Of a stretch of 64,000 nucleotides of DNA, positions 17,619-26,836 are shown one piece after another (within the stretch, counting starts at the first letter, position 1; each line of letters begins with the position of its first letter). The stretch lies in IMG/VR virus record IMGVR_UViG_3300006139_000001. The stretch is one strand, 5' to 3'. The stretch comes from a virus. A program made the translations under genes and the position numbers. The notes beneath the pieces were generated by a model. That model was not told the DNA's origin. It made no database searches and worked only from the letters and a program-made list of their open reading frames with translations.

Positions 17619-17695
17619 GAGGGCATCGTCTAACAGGTATAGGACATAACCCTTTCAAGGTTATAATGCGAGTTCGAGTCTCGCTGCCCTTACCA
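17619..17695 (+). tRNA. tRNA-Glu(TTC)
   Basis: TAACC-CTTTCAA-GGTTA, CCA. Confidence 0.93.
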
Positions 17696-17699
17696 ATAT

Positions 17700-17775
17700 G
17701 CTGGTGTGGCGCAACTGGTAGCGCAACTGACTTGTAATCAGTAGGTTGCAGGTTCAATTCCTGTCGCCAGCTCCA
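17700..17775 (+). tRNA. tRNA-Thr(TGT)
   Basis: ACTGA-CTTGTAA-TCAGT, CCA. Confidence 0.95.
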
Positions 17776-17807
17776 TCAAATTTTTAAGAAAAGGCGGGTA
17801 TAACCCA

Positions 17808-17978
17808 TTGAAACAGATTAGTAACGAAGAAATGAAGAAATTGATTGATAATAAGTATCTGCGTAACGGCAGCAAAGGTTTTGTTGATAAGCGTGGCGAT
17901 ACTGTTGGCTTTTATCGCACAAGGAATAAACGATATATTGAGGATAGGTATGTAGATATTGCAAAGAAACTGCCATGA
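17808..17978 (+). CDS. Small basic protein (56 aa)
   Basis: AAGGCGG RBS, TTG start, open frame filling the tRNA-nuclease gap. Confidence 0.55.
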   Translation: MKQISNEEMKKLIDNKYLRNGSKGFVDKRGDTVGFYRTRNKRYIEDRYVDIAKKLP

Positions 17979-17994
17979 GAAAGGAATATGCCAT

Positions 17995-19437
17995 ATGAGC
18001 AAAAAGAAGTTAAAAACAGATGGCATTTATTTTACTGGCATGGCTTCTGACGAAGTGACTGGTTCACAATATCTTGTACGCTTCGGAAAATATCAATGCT
18101 TATTAGAATGTGGTTTGCACCAATCCTCTAGCAATAGCTACTTGGATTCATATAAGATAAACTCTGAAAAGTTTAAGTTCAAGCCATCTGAGATTGATTT
18201 TGTTTTTGTTGCGCATCCGCATATTGACCATTGTGGTTTAATTCCAAGATTAGTCAAACAAGGTTTTCGTGGAAAGATTATCGCAACTAAAAATACTGAT
18301 ACTATTATGAAGCCGCTGTTACTGAACTCTTGTTACATTGTCGGTGATGAAGCAAGAATCCTATCAAAGCGATATAAAAGAGATTATGAACCTCTGTATG
18401 AGGAATCAGACGTTTATACCGCACTAAGCCTTGTTCAAGAGTATAGTGAGTATAACACAGTATATCGTCTTAATGATACAATTAGCTTTCAGTGGTTAAG
18501 AAACTCTCATTGTGTTGGAGCGGCGCAATTGCAATTGATTCTACATAATGATGAGAAAACAAGAAAAATTTTATATACTTCTGATATTGGTTCGCTAAAA
18601 ACTAACAACCACTATCTTACTGATACTGAGATTCCAGATATGTTTAACGATGTTGTTATTATGGAATCTACATATGGAAGCTCCAAGCGTGAAACCAAGA
18701 AATCAAGAAATTTTGATGTGCAGCATCTAAAGATTGCCATCAATACCGTTTTGGAGCGTAAAGGCTCTGTTATTATGCCATGTTTTAGTTTTAGCAGAAC
18801 ACAAGAGCTTTTATCTACTCTGTATGATATTTATGGAAATGATAAGGATTTTGACACCCAAATTGTTGTTGACTCTAAGTTAAGCTGTGATATTAGTAAG
18901 CTGTATTCATCTGTTTTGGATGGAGAAAATTTAGAAGCATGGGTGTCTGTATATAATTGGGAGAATGTGAAGTTTATCTCCGATAAAGATGATTCACAGC
19001 GCTCTCTGATGGACTCAACACCGAAGATTATTATTTCATCTTCTGGTTTTTGCACAAATGGTAGAGTTATCAATTATCTCAAAAAGTACATTAAAGATAG
19101 AAATAGTATGATTATCTTCTCTGGGTACATCGGAGATAACCCATCATATCTATCATATCGAATTAAGAATTACAGAGAACACAAATTTATTAGCATAAAC
19201 AAAGAGAAAATTTTAAATCTCGCAGATTGTATTACTCTTTCAACTTTTAGTAGCCATGCAAGTTATAGTGATTTGATTAAGTATGGAAGTTCGTTAAAAA
19301 CGAACAAACTATTCTTAGTCCACGGTTCTGCTGAAGGTAAAAAATGTCTGTCTGATGGGCTACAAAAGGCAATCTGCAAAAATGATAAGTCATATAGAGC
19401 AATTTCAGCCTTTAGAGGCATGATTGTTCATTTATAG
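17995..19437 (+). CDS. MBL-fold beta-CASP ribonuclease
   Basis: HPHIDH, SHCVG, YTSDIG, MESTYG, FSSHA and LVHG motifs. Confidence 0.9.
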   Translation: MSKKKLKTDGIYFTGMASDEVTGSQYLVRFGKYQCLLECGLHQSSSNSYLDSYKINSEKFKFKPSEIDFVFVAHPHIDHCGLIPRLVKQGFRGKIIATKNTDTIMKPLLLNSCYIVGDEARILSKRYKRDYEPLYEESDVYTALSLVQEYSEYNTVYRLNDTISFQWLRNSHCVGAAQLQLILHNDEKTRKILYTSDIGSLKTNNHYLTDTEIPDMFNDVVIMESTYGSSKRETKKSRNFDVQHLKIAINTVLERKGSVIMPCFSFSRTQELLSTLYDIYGNDKDFDTQIVVDSKLSCDISKLYSSVLDGENLEAWVSVYNWENVKFISDKDDSQRSLMDSTPKIIISSSGFCTNGRVINYLKKYIKDRNSMIIFSGYIGDNPSYLSYRIKNYREHKFISINKEKILNLADCITLSTFSSHASYSDLIKYGSSLKTNKLFLVHGSAEGKKCLSDGLQKAICKNDKSYRAISAFRGMIVHL

Positions 19438-19447
19438 GAGGACACAT

Positions 19448-20060
19448 ATGGAGAAAGATAATATTAGTCAAGTTTATAACTATTGTTATGAAGATAGATT
19501 TCAGGCGGAAGATTTAGAAGGCAGACGGTTGTATCTTAATGGTGAAATTGATGAGAATGTAATTGATAATGTTGTATATCACATTATGAGATATAATCGC
19601 ATTGACAAGGGAATTCCAGTTAGCGAAAGAAAGCCAATTATCCTATATATTAACTCTCCTGGCGGTAGCGTTGTTGATGGCTATGGCGTGATTGATACTA
19701 TCCTTTTGAGTGAGACTCCTGTTTATACTGTCAATGTTGCTTTGTGTGCGTCTATGGGATTTTTAATTTATCTTGCGGGGGGTAAGACGATATTCTATGC
19801 CTCATAGTGAATTCCTAATGCACGATGGTTCTACTATGGGTTATGATTCCATGGCGAAGATGAAGGATAGAATGGAATTTGAAACTGTCCAGCTTGAAAA
19901 GATGACAAAAGAATATATTATGAGCAGAACTGAAATTAACGAAAAACTATATGATGAGAAATATAGAGTTGAGTGGTATTTCCTACCAAATGAAGGTAAG
20001 AGTATTGGAGCGATTGATTATATTGTTGGCAAGGACTGCTCTATAAACGATATTCTATAA
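19448..20060 (+). CDS. clpP: ClpP-like protease split by a frameshift in a G6 run (19777-19782)
   Basis: YINSPGGSV and CASMG in ORF 1, RYSMPHSEFLMH in ORF 2; deleting one G fuses them. Confidence 0.85.
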
Positions 20061-20090
20061 AATCTCATCATTTGAGAAAGGTACATGTAA

Positions 20091-21308
20091 ATGATTGGAG
20101 ATTTAATAGAGAAGATTCAAGAGTATGGTTTAACGCCGGAACAATATGAACTATGTCTAGCAGATGCTTATCAAAAGGCTAACCATACGATTGATATGGA
20201 TTGGCAAGAAATTATTGATAAGTACGGTTTGGACATTCATTATGATACACTTCGTAAGGCGACTCAAACTATTTTTGGTGGTGCTTTTGTATCTGAATAT
20301 TATAAATCCAAGCAAGCAGAAAGTAATGATGATGATTCTTATTTAGCAGAAATTCGAGCTGAAAAACAAGAAATACGAAAAGAAAAACAAAGACTGTTTG
20401 ATGAACGAACCGCTTTGAATAAGACGCTAAGAGAGAATGCAAGGGTTGAAGAAGATTTATCTAAGTTGGAACTTCTTATTAGAAATAATGGTGTGACCAC
20501 TATGCCCCAAGTTCAAAATGTTTACGATGAATCAGACAACGATTTATTTATTGCGTTGTCTGATTTTCATTTAGGTATAAAAACAAACAACTATTTCGGT
20601 ACTTATGATTCCGATGTTGCTGCTGAAAGATTAGGTCAATATTTTGAAAGAATTGTAAAAATCAAAGAATTACATAATTCAGAGAATGCCTATATCCTAC
20701 TGCTTGGTGATTTATTAAATGGAGAGATTCATTTTACAACGCAGCTTGAAAATAGAGAGAATGTTACCGAACAAGTGCAAAAAACAGCAGAATTAATTTC
20801 TGCGTTTGTATATGAATTGAGCAAGCATTTTAAGTGTGTGTATGTAAACGGAGTTGCTGGAAACCACTCACGCACTTCATTCAAAGACCAAGTTCTAAGA
20901 GGAAATAGATTAGATAACCTTATTCCTTGGTACATGAAAGCAAAGCTATCACATCTTGATAATGTTGTATTTATTGATGACAATAATTATGACGCAACTA
21001 TTGGGCGTTGCACGGTTAGGGGCAAAGAGTATTTATTAGTTCACGGAGATTTTGATAGCTTTAGTGAAAAAGGCGTTTCAAAACTTGTGATGATGCTTGG
21101 TTTTAAGCCTACTGCTATTTTTTATGGGCATCTGCATCGTTGTTCTTACGATGATATTGCCGGAGTGAAGATTGTTAGAAGTGGCAGTTTTAGTGGAACA
21201 TCTGATGATTATACAATTTCAAAAAGACTGAGCGGGAATCCGTCTCAGATGGTTTGTGTTGTTGATGATGATGGGATTAGTGCTTGCTACCCTATTGAAT
21301 TAAAATAA
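20091..21308 (+). CDS. Calcineurin-like metallophosphoesterase with N-terminal coiled coil
   Basis: SDFH, GDLL, GNH, VHGD and GHLH motifs. Confidence 0.85.
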   Translation: MIGDLIEKIQEYGLTPEQYELCLADAYQKANHTIDMDWQEIIDKYGLDIHYDTLRKATQTIFGGAFVSEYYKSKQAESNDDDSYLAEIRAEKQEIRKEKQRLFDERTALNKTLRENARVEEDLSKLELLIRNNGVTTMPQVQNVYDESDNDLFIALSDFHLGIKTNNYFGTYDSDVAAERLGQYFERIVKIKELHNSENAYILLLGDLLNGEIHFTTQLENRENVTEQVQKTAELISAFVYELSKHFKCVYVNGVAGNHSRTSFKDQVLRGNRLDNLIPWYMKAKLSHLDNVVFIDDNNYDATIGRCTVRGKEYLLVHGDFDSFSEKGVSKLVMMLGFKPTAIFYGHLHRCSYDDIAGVKIVRSGSFSGTSDDYTISKRLSGNPSQMVCVVDDDGISACYPIELK

Positions 21309-21329
21309 GTATAGTGAGGAAGTAAAGAA

Positions 21330-21608
21330 ATGACTAAAAGTGATATTATTAACAAAATTGCTGACAGAACCGGTCTATCAAAGACCGCTTGTGAGTCAGT
21401 TATTGATATTTTTGCGGACGAAGTTAAAAATTGTCTTGTTGATGGTGATAAGTTAATCATCAAAGGGTTTATTGGATTTGAAGTAAGTGAACGACCAGAA
21501 CGTGAGGGTAGAAATCCTAAGACTGGTGAGGTTAGCACATTTCCAGCCGTAAAGTCCGTGAAGTGCAAAATTAGCAAGGCAATTAAAGATGCGGTTAATG
21601 GAAAGTGA
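21330..21608 (+). CDS. hup: HU family DNA-binding protein
   Basis: MTKSDII...GF...REGRNPKTGE signature. Confidence 0.92.
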   Translation: MTKSDIINKIADRTGLSKTACESVIDIFADEVKNCLVDGDKLIIKGFIGFEVSERPEREGRNPKTGEVSTFPAVKSVKCKISKAIKDAVNGK

Positions 21609-22155
21609 GAATAGTAAAATGAGAAGAAACTTTTTTGAAGATTATGAAGAACTAAGTGATTATATGATTGATAAGGCACAGGATGGTTTATATACCGTTG
21701 CTGTGCTTTTTTATGATGATGCGTTAGGTCTATTGCGTGAGTTGATGCGCTATGACGATGTAGAAGTTGAAGCTCTGGATATTAAGCCAGAGGAATATGA
21801 CGGATATGACAAGGAATACTATGTATCTCTTGCAGACGATATGGTTGCTTCCGTTGAGCCAGCATATGTTGGTGGTAGATATTTGAATGCGGAGGCAGAC
21901 TTAACTTTGATTGATGGTGGTGCGAATTCCGCCATTATTAAGAATCTTCCTGAGAATAAGTGCCACGAGATTTATGTTGGAATTACTGAGGATGAAATGG
22001 AAGATTATGATTTTAAGCTAGATTGTGACGATGATGAAAAAGATGACACACTTGATGATATTTTTGAAAGTGCTGAACTCTTGAAAGATAAAAATGATAA
22101 TGTTATTGGAATCAAAATCGACGCAGAATCTCTTTTTAAATACCTATTTGGTTAA
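21589..22155 (+). CDS. Acidic hypothetical protein
   Basis: 188-aa ORF; start uncertain. Confidence 0.7.
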   Translation: MRLMESENSKMRRNFFEDYEELSDYMIDKAQDGLYTVAVLFYDDALGLLRELMRYDDVEVEALDIKPEEYDGYDKEYYVSLADDMVASVEPAYVGGRYLNAEADLTLIDGGANSAIIKNLPENKCHEIYVGITEDEMEDYDFKLDCDDDEKDDTLDDIFESAELLKDKNDNVIGIKIDAESLFKYLFG

Positions 22156-22189
22156 AATGCCCTCTCCCACTCAATAGAGAGGGAAATAT

Positions 22190-22266
22190 TGCGGAGTAGA
22201 GCAGTTGGTCAGCTCGTTTGCCTCATAAGCAAAAGGTCTGCGGTTCAAATCCGCACTCCGCAACCA
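22190..22266 (+). tRNA. tRNA-Met(CAT), initiator-like body with altered anticodon stem
   Basis: TGCGGAG/CTCCGCA acceptor, GAGC/GCTC D-stem, TTTGC-CTCATAA-GCAAA, CCA. Confidence 0.92.
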
Positions 22267-22312
22267 TAGTTGAAATTATAGTTAATAGTTGTTATGAACT
22301 GGAGGTGGCGAT

Positions 22313-23236
22313 GTGCCGAAAAAAGAGACGGGTCAAGCGGCATACGTTTGTTGCCAGTGTAATGAACACTTTACTTCATTGACCCATTTTTATAAGTCAT
22401 ACAGTGGATTGTATGCAAGAACAGGATATTTACCAATTTGCAAGAATTGCCTTGGTAAATTGTTTGATTCTTATATAGAAAAATACGGAGATGTTCGTAA
22501 AGCTATGCAAAGGATTTGCATGGCTTTTGATTTATATTATAACGATTCCATATTTGATACATGTAACGACGGTACAAGTGCGATGCTTGGTAATTATGTC
22601 AAAAGATTAAATATGGTTCAGTATAAAGGACGAACATTTGATACAACTCTTGATGAAGGATTTGAGTTTAATAAGACCTCTATATCTAAAAAGAAGAATG
22701 TCACAGAATCACAAGAACAGGATGAGCCGGAAGTCGATGAGATTAACCCAGAAGATATTGAAAAATGGGGTATTGGATTTGAGAATGTTGACTATGGTAT
22801 TCTTAATTCTCATTATAGATTGTTAAAGACTGCAAATCCAAACTGCGATAGCAACCAAGAGATTTTTATTACTGACCTATGTTATACGAAGATGCAACAG
22901 ATGAAAGCGGTTCGTGAAGGTCGAGTTGATGATTATAACAAACTTACAGACTCATATAGAAAGTCATTTACACAGGCTGGTTTGAAAACAGTAAGAGATT
23001 CCAGTATTAATGAAGAATTTACAATCGGTGTGAATGCTGAAACTATTGAAAAATATACTCCTGCCGAATATTACAAAAGCAAAGAACTTTATCGTGATTT
23101 CGATAATATTGGCAATTATATCAATAGATTTTTACTCCGTCCTTTAAGAAATCTGATGCACGGTACTAAGGATAGAGATTATGAGTACTTTGTAAAAGAC
23201 GAGGAAAATGAAGATGTCTACCAAGAGGAAGAATGA
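22313..23236 (+). CDS. Putative terminase small subunit (Zn-finger)
   Basis: N-terminal CxxC...CxxC; immediately upstream of terL as in SPbeta-like phages. Confidence 0.6.
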   Translation: MPKKETGQAAYVCCQCNEHFTSLTHFYKSYSGLYARTGYLPICKNCLGKLFDSYIEKYGDVRKAMQRICMAFDLYYNDSIFDTCNDGTSAMLGNYVKRLNMVQYKGRTFDTTLDEGFEFNKTSISKKKNVTESQEQDEPEVDEINPEDIEKWGIGFENVDYGILNSHYRLLKTANPNCDSNQEIFITDLCYTKMQQMKAVREGRVDDYNKLTDSYRKSFTQAGLKTVRDSSINEEFTIGVNAETIEKYTPAEYYKSKELYRDFDNIGNYINRFLLRPLRNLMHGTKDRDYEYFVKDEENEDVYQEEE

Positions 23237-25070
23237 CATCATTCATGAACCCAAGAAGCATTATAAAAATAGAAATGCAGACGAGAGACAAAGTGAATTA
23301 TATAAGAAATTTCCGTCTGATAGTTTTTTAGGTAGCGAAGTTAATGTTGACCATTTTATGCAATGGGTAACGTTTTTTAGACGAAATTTACATAGATTTG
23401 CAATGGACTACCTTGGACTAAAACTTCATTTATATCAGATTATAATGTTGTATCTAATGGGTGTGAATCAGTTTATAGTGGTTATTGCGTCTCGTGCATC
23501 CGCAAAATCATTTATTATTGCACTCTATGCTTGTTGTAGATGTATTTTATATCCAGGTTCATGGATTGTGTTATCTTCTGCCACGAAAGGTCAATCAAAA
23601 CTTCTTGTTTCTGAAAAGATACAAAAGGAATTAATGAACCTCTCTCCCGCTCTTAGAAAAGAAATTCTAAAAATTAAAGATAATCAAAATGAGGTTATTG
23701 TATATTTCAGAAATCATAGCACAATTACTGTTGTTCCAGCCAGCGAAAACGGACGTGGTTATCGTTCTAATGTTATTGTAAGAGAAGAATTCAGACAGAT
23801 TAAAAAGTATGTTGATGATAGTATTCTTTCTCCTTTCCAAGTAATTAGACAAGTACCATATCTGAAAGATGATTACTATGCAAATGTTTCGGAACTTCAA
23901 GAAGAACCTGTTGACATTTATATTAGTTCAAGCTGGTTTGATAATGGGCAAAACTGGATGTGGGGTATTGTTGACCAGGCATATGATGAAATGCTAAAAG
24001 GAAAAGCATCGTGTTTACTTGCATTTGATGAATCTATTGCTTTAATGCACAAGATTAAGACAATGCGATATTTCCAAACAGAAAAGAAGAAACAAGACCC
24101 TATCACTTGGCAGTTGGAGTTCTTAAATACAAGATTAAAAGAAAATCGCTTTGCGTTTTTTACATACAGTATGTTGCAGCAAAATCAAAGAGCGAAAAGA
24201 CCATTCTATCCAAGAACATTGCTTGATTTCAAGGCTGGTAGGAAGAATCCTTATGATATTCCAAAGCAAAATGGCGAAATCAGAATTGTTGCTTGTGACA
24301 TGGCTTTTGTTGAAAACAAAAAGAACGATAACTCTATTTTCTCATGTATGCGTTTGCTACCAGAGTATACGACATACAGTAGAGAATCTTCAAGTGATAT
24401 TGAGATTGATAATGGTTACAGAAGAATAGTTTCATATCTTGAATCCGTTCAAGGCGGAGATGTTACAAGACAAGCTATTCGTATTAGACAGTTATTTGAG
24501 GATTTTGGCGCTGATTATATTGTTTTGGATATGCGTAATGCTGGTATTGCAATTTATGATTTGCTTGCTAAGGTTATGTATGATGAAGAAAGAGGCGTTG
24601 AATATTCTCCCCTTTCTTGTATGAATGATGATGCTGTAGCCAATAGAATTAAAATTGAGGGCGCATTGCCATGTATCTTTGTTGTTAATGCAACTCAGAA
24701 ATTAAATAGTGATATTGCTCTCGACTTTAGACGTGTTCTTGATAGTAATAAAATTGACCTTTTAATTACGTTTGAGCAAGCAAGCGAAGAATTCTTGCCA
24801 AATGTAAAAGAGTATGTTGGCGCACTGGATGCTACTACACAGGTGTTCTACGAATCACCGTTCTTAGAAACTCAGGCTCTTATTAGTGAAACAACCGACC
24901 TGGTTTATGAGAAAAAGGAGCAGACCGGCGCTATTGTTATTCATGAGCAAGGTTCAAATAGAAAAGACCGTTACACAAGTTGTAGTTACGGCTCTTACTT
25001 TGCTTCTCTGTTGGAAAAGGATTTAATATCAAGAAACGACGATTATGAATTTGTCGTGTTTATTAACTGA
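23208..25070 (+). CDS. terL: Terminase large subunit
   Basis: ASRASAKS Walker A, RGYRSNVIVREE Walker B, YISS motif III, nuclease ACDMA...LD...KDRY. Confidence 0.88.
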   Translation: MKMSTKRKNDIIHEPKKHYKNRNADERQSELYKKFPSDSFLGSEVNVDHFMQWVTFFRRNLHRFAMDYLGLKLHLYQIIMLYLMGVNQFIVVIASRASAKSFIIALYACCRCILYPGSWIVLSSATKGQSKLLVSEKIQKELMNLSPALRKEILKIKDNQNEVIVYFRNHSTITVVPASENGRGYRSNVIVREEFRQIKKYVDDSILSPFQVIRQVPYLKDDYYANVSELQEEPVDIYISSSWFDNGQNWMWGIVDQAYDEMLKGKASCLLAFDESIALMHKIKTMRYFQTEKKKQDPITWQLEFLNTRLKENRFAFFTYSMLQQNQRAKRPFYPRTLLDFKAGRKNPYDIPKQNGEIRIVACDMAFVENKKNDNSIFSCMRLLPEYTTYSRESSSDIEIDNGYRRIVSYLESVQGGDVTRQAIRIRQLFEDFGADYIVLDMRNAGIAIYDLLAKVMYDEERGVEYSPLSCMNDDAVANRIKIEGALPCIFVVNATQKLNSDIALDFRRVLDSNKIDLLITFEQASEEFLPNVKEYVGALDATTQVFYESPFLETQALISETTDLVYEKKEQTGAIVIHEQGSNRKDRYTSCSYGSYFASLLEKDLISRNDDYEFVVFIN

Positions 25071-25087
25071 GAAAGGAGGATGGACAT

Positions 25088-26755
25088 ATGGCAGATAATC
25101 AGCAAAACTATGTTGTCGGTAATTCAAAAAAGAAAAAGAATTACTATCGTCCTCCGCAGAATAGAGGTTCTGAACAGAACAGTCAGCAAGGACAGACAGC
25201 AAATATTATAAATGAATTTAATTCATATAAAAGTTCTATGGAATATTCAAACTACTATTTCGGTTTGAATATTTTTGATTTATATTCGCCAGAACAGTTG
25301 GCAGCTCTTGTCAAAGACCCTATGGGCAACAACAAAATTCTGCGTGAAATCTCTCTTATCCTATATGGCACAAATGGTGTGTACACAAATACTGTTGACT
25401 ATATGGTGGCTATGCCTACTCTTGATAGAGTTATTGTTCCTCATGGGAAAACTGCATCTAAGAAAAAACAGAATAAGGAACTTATGGAGTCAACTTTGAG
25501 GACTATTAAGGATAAAGAAATTGTAAGAGATGCGTTGTTTAGAGCGATGATTGAGGGTGTTGCTTTTTATTACTTTGAAACAACTTCTCGTCCTCAATCA
25601 AATAGAAAAACACTTACAGATTATGATGTTGAAAGTATTGTTGAGATTAACGAGCTTGGGATTAACGCAAGTGTAATTTCATTACCGGTTGACTATACAA
25701 GAATTGTTGGTATTAAGAATTCATCATATGTACTAGCTTTTAATCTTGACTATTTCGATATTGCTGAAGGTGAGCCAACTGAAAAGCGACTTAAAAAGTA
25801 CCCAAAAGAAATTAGAGATGCTTATATTGCAAGGAAAAACCAGACCACATCCGATACTGGTAATTGGATTATTTTAGATAATACAAAAACGATTGTTCAT
25901 AAAGTTCGTTCTAAACGAGATGAAAAATATGGCAGACCATTGGTATTAGCTGCTATCAGCGATATTTTATATGGTGATTATTTTACTCAGACAAAAAGAA
26001 ATGTTCTTGATGAAATCAATAACAGAATTATTTATCAGACATTTCCAGAGGGCAAAGACAAAGGTACTTCTGCACTAACTAAACAACAGCAACAACACCA
26101 GCATGAATCTGTTAAAGGTGCTGTTATGAACAAGAACAATCGTGGTGGTATTTCTTTCTTCTCTGTCGCTGCTGGAACAAAAATCAATTCTATCGACGCA
26201 TCTAATACGGATATTTTTGATGATAAGTATGAGTCAAATTTGAACGATAAGATTTCGCTCGATATGGGTATTGCTGCCGCTCTACTTAATGGTGTTGGTA
26301 GTGGTAGCTATGCTGCACAGGAGCAAAACCTTGAATTGATTACAGCACAGTTATTCCAATGGATTGAGCAAATTGCAGAAGAATTAAATAAGTGTATTTC
26401 TGCTAATATTATTAAAGACTATAAGAATTGGGTTGAATGTAGATATTTACCTATTACCCATGTTAATAAGGGTAAAATGGTTGGCTACGCAAAAGATTTG
26501 TATTTGCAAGGTAAAGGTAGTTTGTCATTGTGGGCAAGTGCGTGTGGTATTTCACCAGATGTATTTTTTGCATTACTTGACCAAGAACTTGAAGAAGATA
26601 TTGAGAATAAATATCCTGTGCATAAGACTTCCTACACTCTGTCTGGCAATGATGAATCTCCTGGTAGACCAGTGACGGATAGCCCAACTGAAAACACGGT
26701 TGCTTCCCGTGCTAATAATGGAAATGCTTTGCCATCTCCAAGCGATAATAAGTAA
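25088..26755 (+). CDS. Portal protein
   Basis: 555 aa directly after terL; YGRP motif. Confidence 0.75.
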   Translation: MADNQQNYVVGNSKKKKNYYRPPQNRGSEQNSQQGQTANIINEFNSYKSSMEYSNYYFGLNIFDLYSPEQLAALVKDPMGNNKILREISLILYGTNGVYTNTVDYMVAMPTLDRVIVPHGKTASKKKQNKELMESTLRTIKDKEIVRDALFRAMIEGVAFYYFETTSRPQSNRKTLTDYDVESIVEINELGINASVISLPVDYTRIVGIKNSSYVLAFNLDYFDIAEGEPTEKRLKKYPKEIRDAYIARKNQTTSDTGNWIILDNTKTIVHKVRSKRDEKYGRPLVLAAISDILYGDYFTQTKRNVLDEINNRIIYQTFPEGKDKGTSALTKQQQQHQHESVKGAVMNKNNRGGISFFSVAAGTKINSIDASNTDIFDDKYESNLNDKISLDMGIAAALLNGVGSGSYAAQEQNLELITAQLFQWIEQIAEELNKCISANIIKDYKNWVECRYLPITHVNKGKMVGYAKDLYLQGKGSLSLWASACGISPDVFFALLDQELEEDIENKYPVHKTSYTLSGNDESPGRPVTDSPTENTVASRANNGNALPSPSDNK

Positions 26756-26770
26756 GCATCTATGTTAATC

Positions 26771-26800
26771 AGAGAACCATCAAACGGTGGTTCTCTTTTT
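26771..26800 (+). terminator. Rho-independent terminator
   Basis: AGAGAACCATC/GGTGGTTCTCT + T-tract. Confidence 0.8.
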
Positions 26801-26836
26801 ATATATATAAACACACACGAAAGGCGGTGAAATAGT

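Noticed and set aside
17776-17807. Theta/HDV-like ribozyme after tRNA 3' ends
   Set aside because: No nested double-pseudoknot pattern visible here or after 22266; all tRNAs encode CCA
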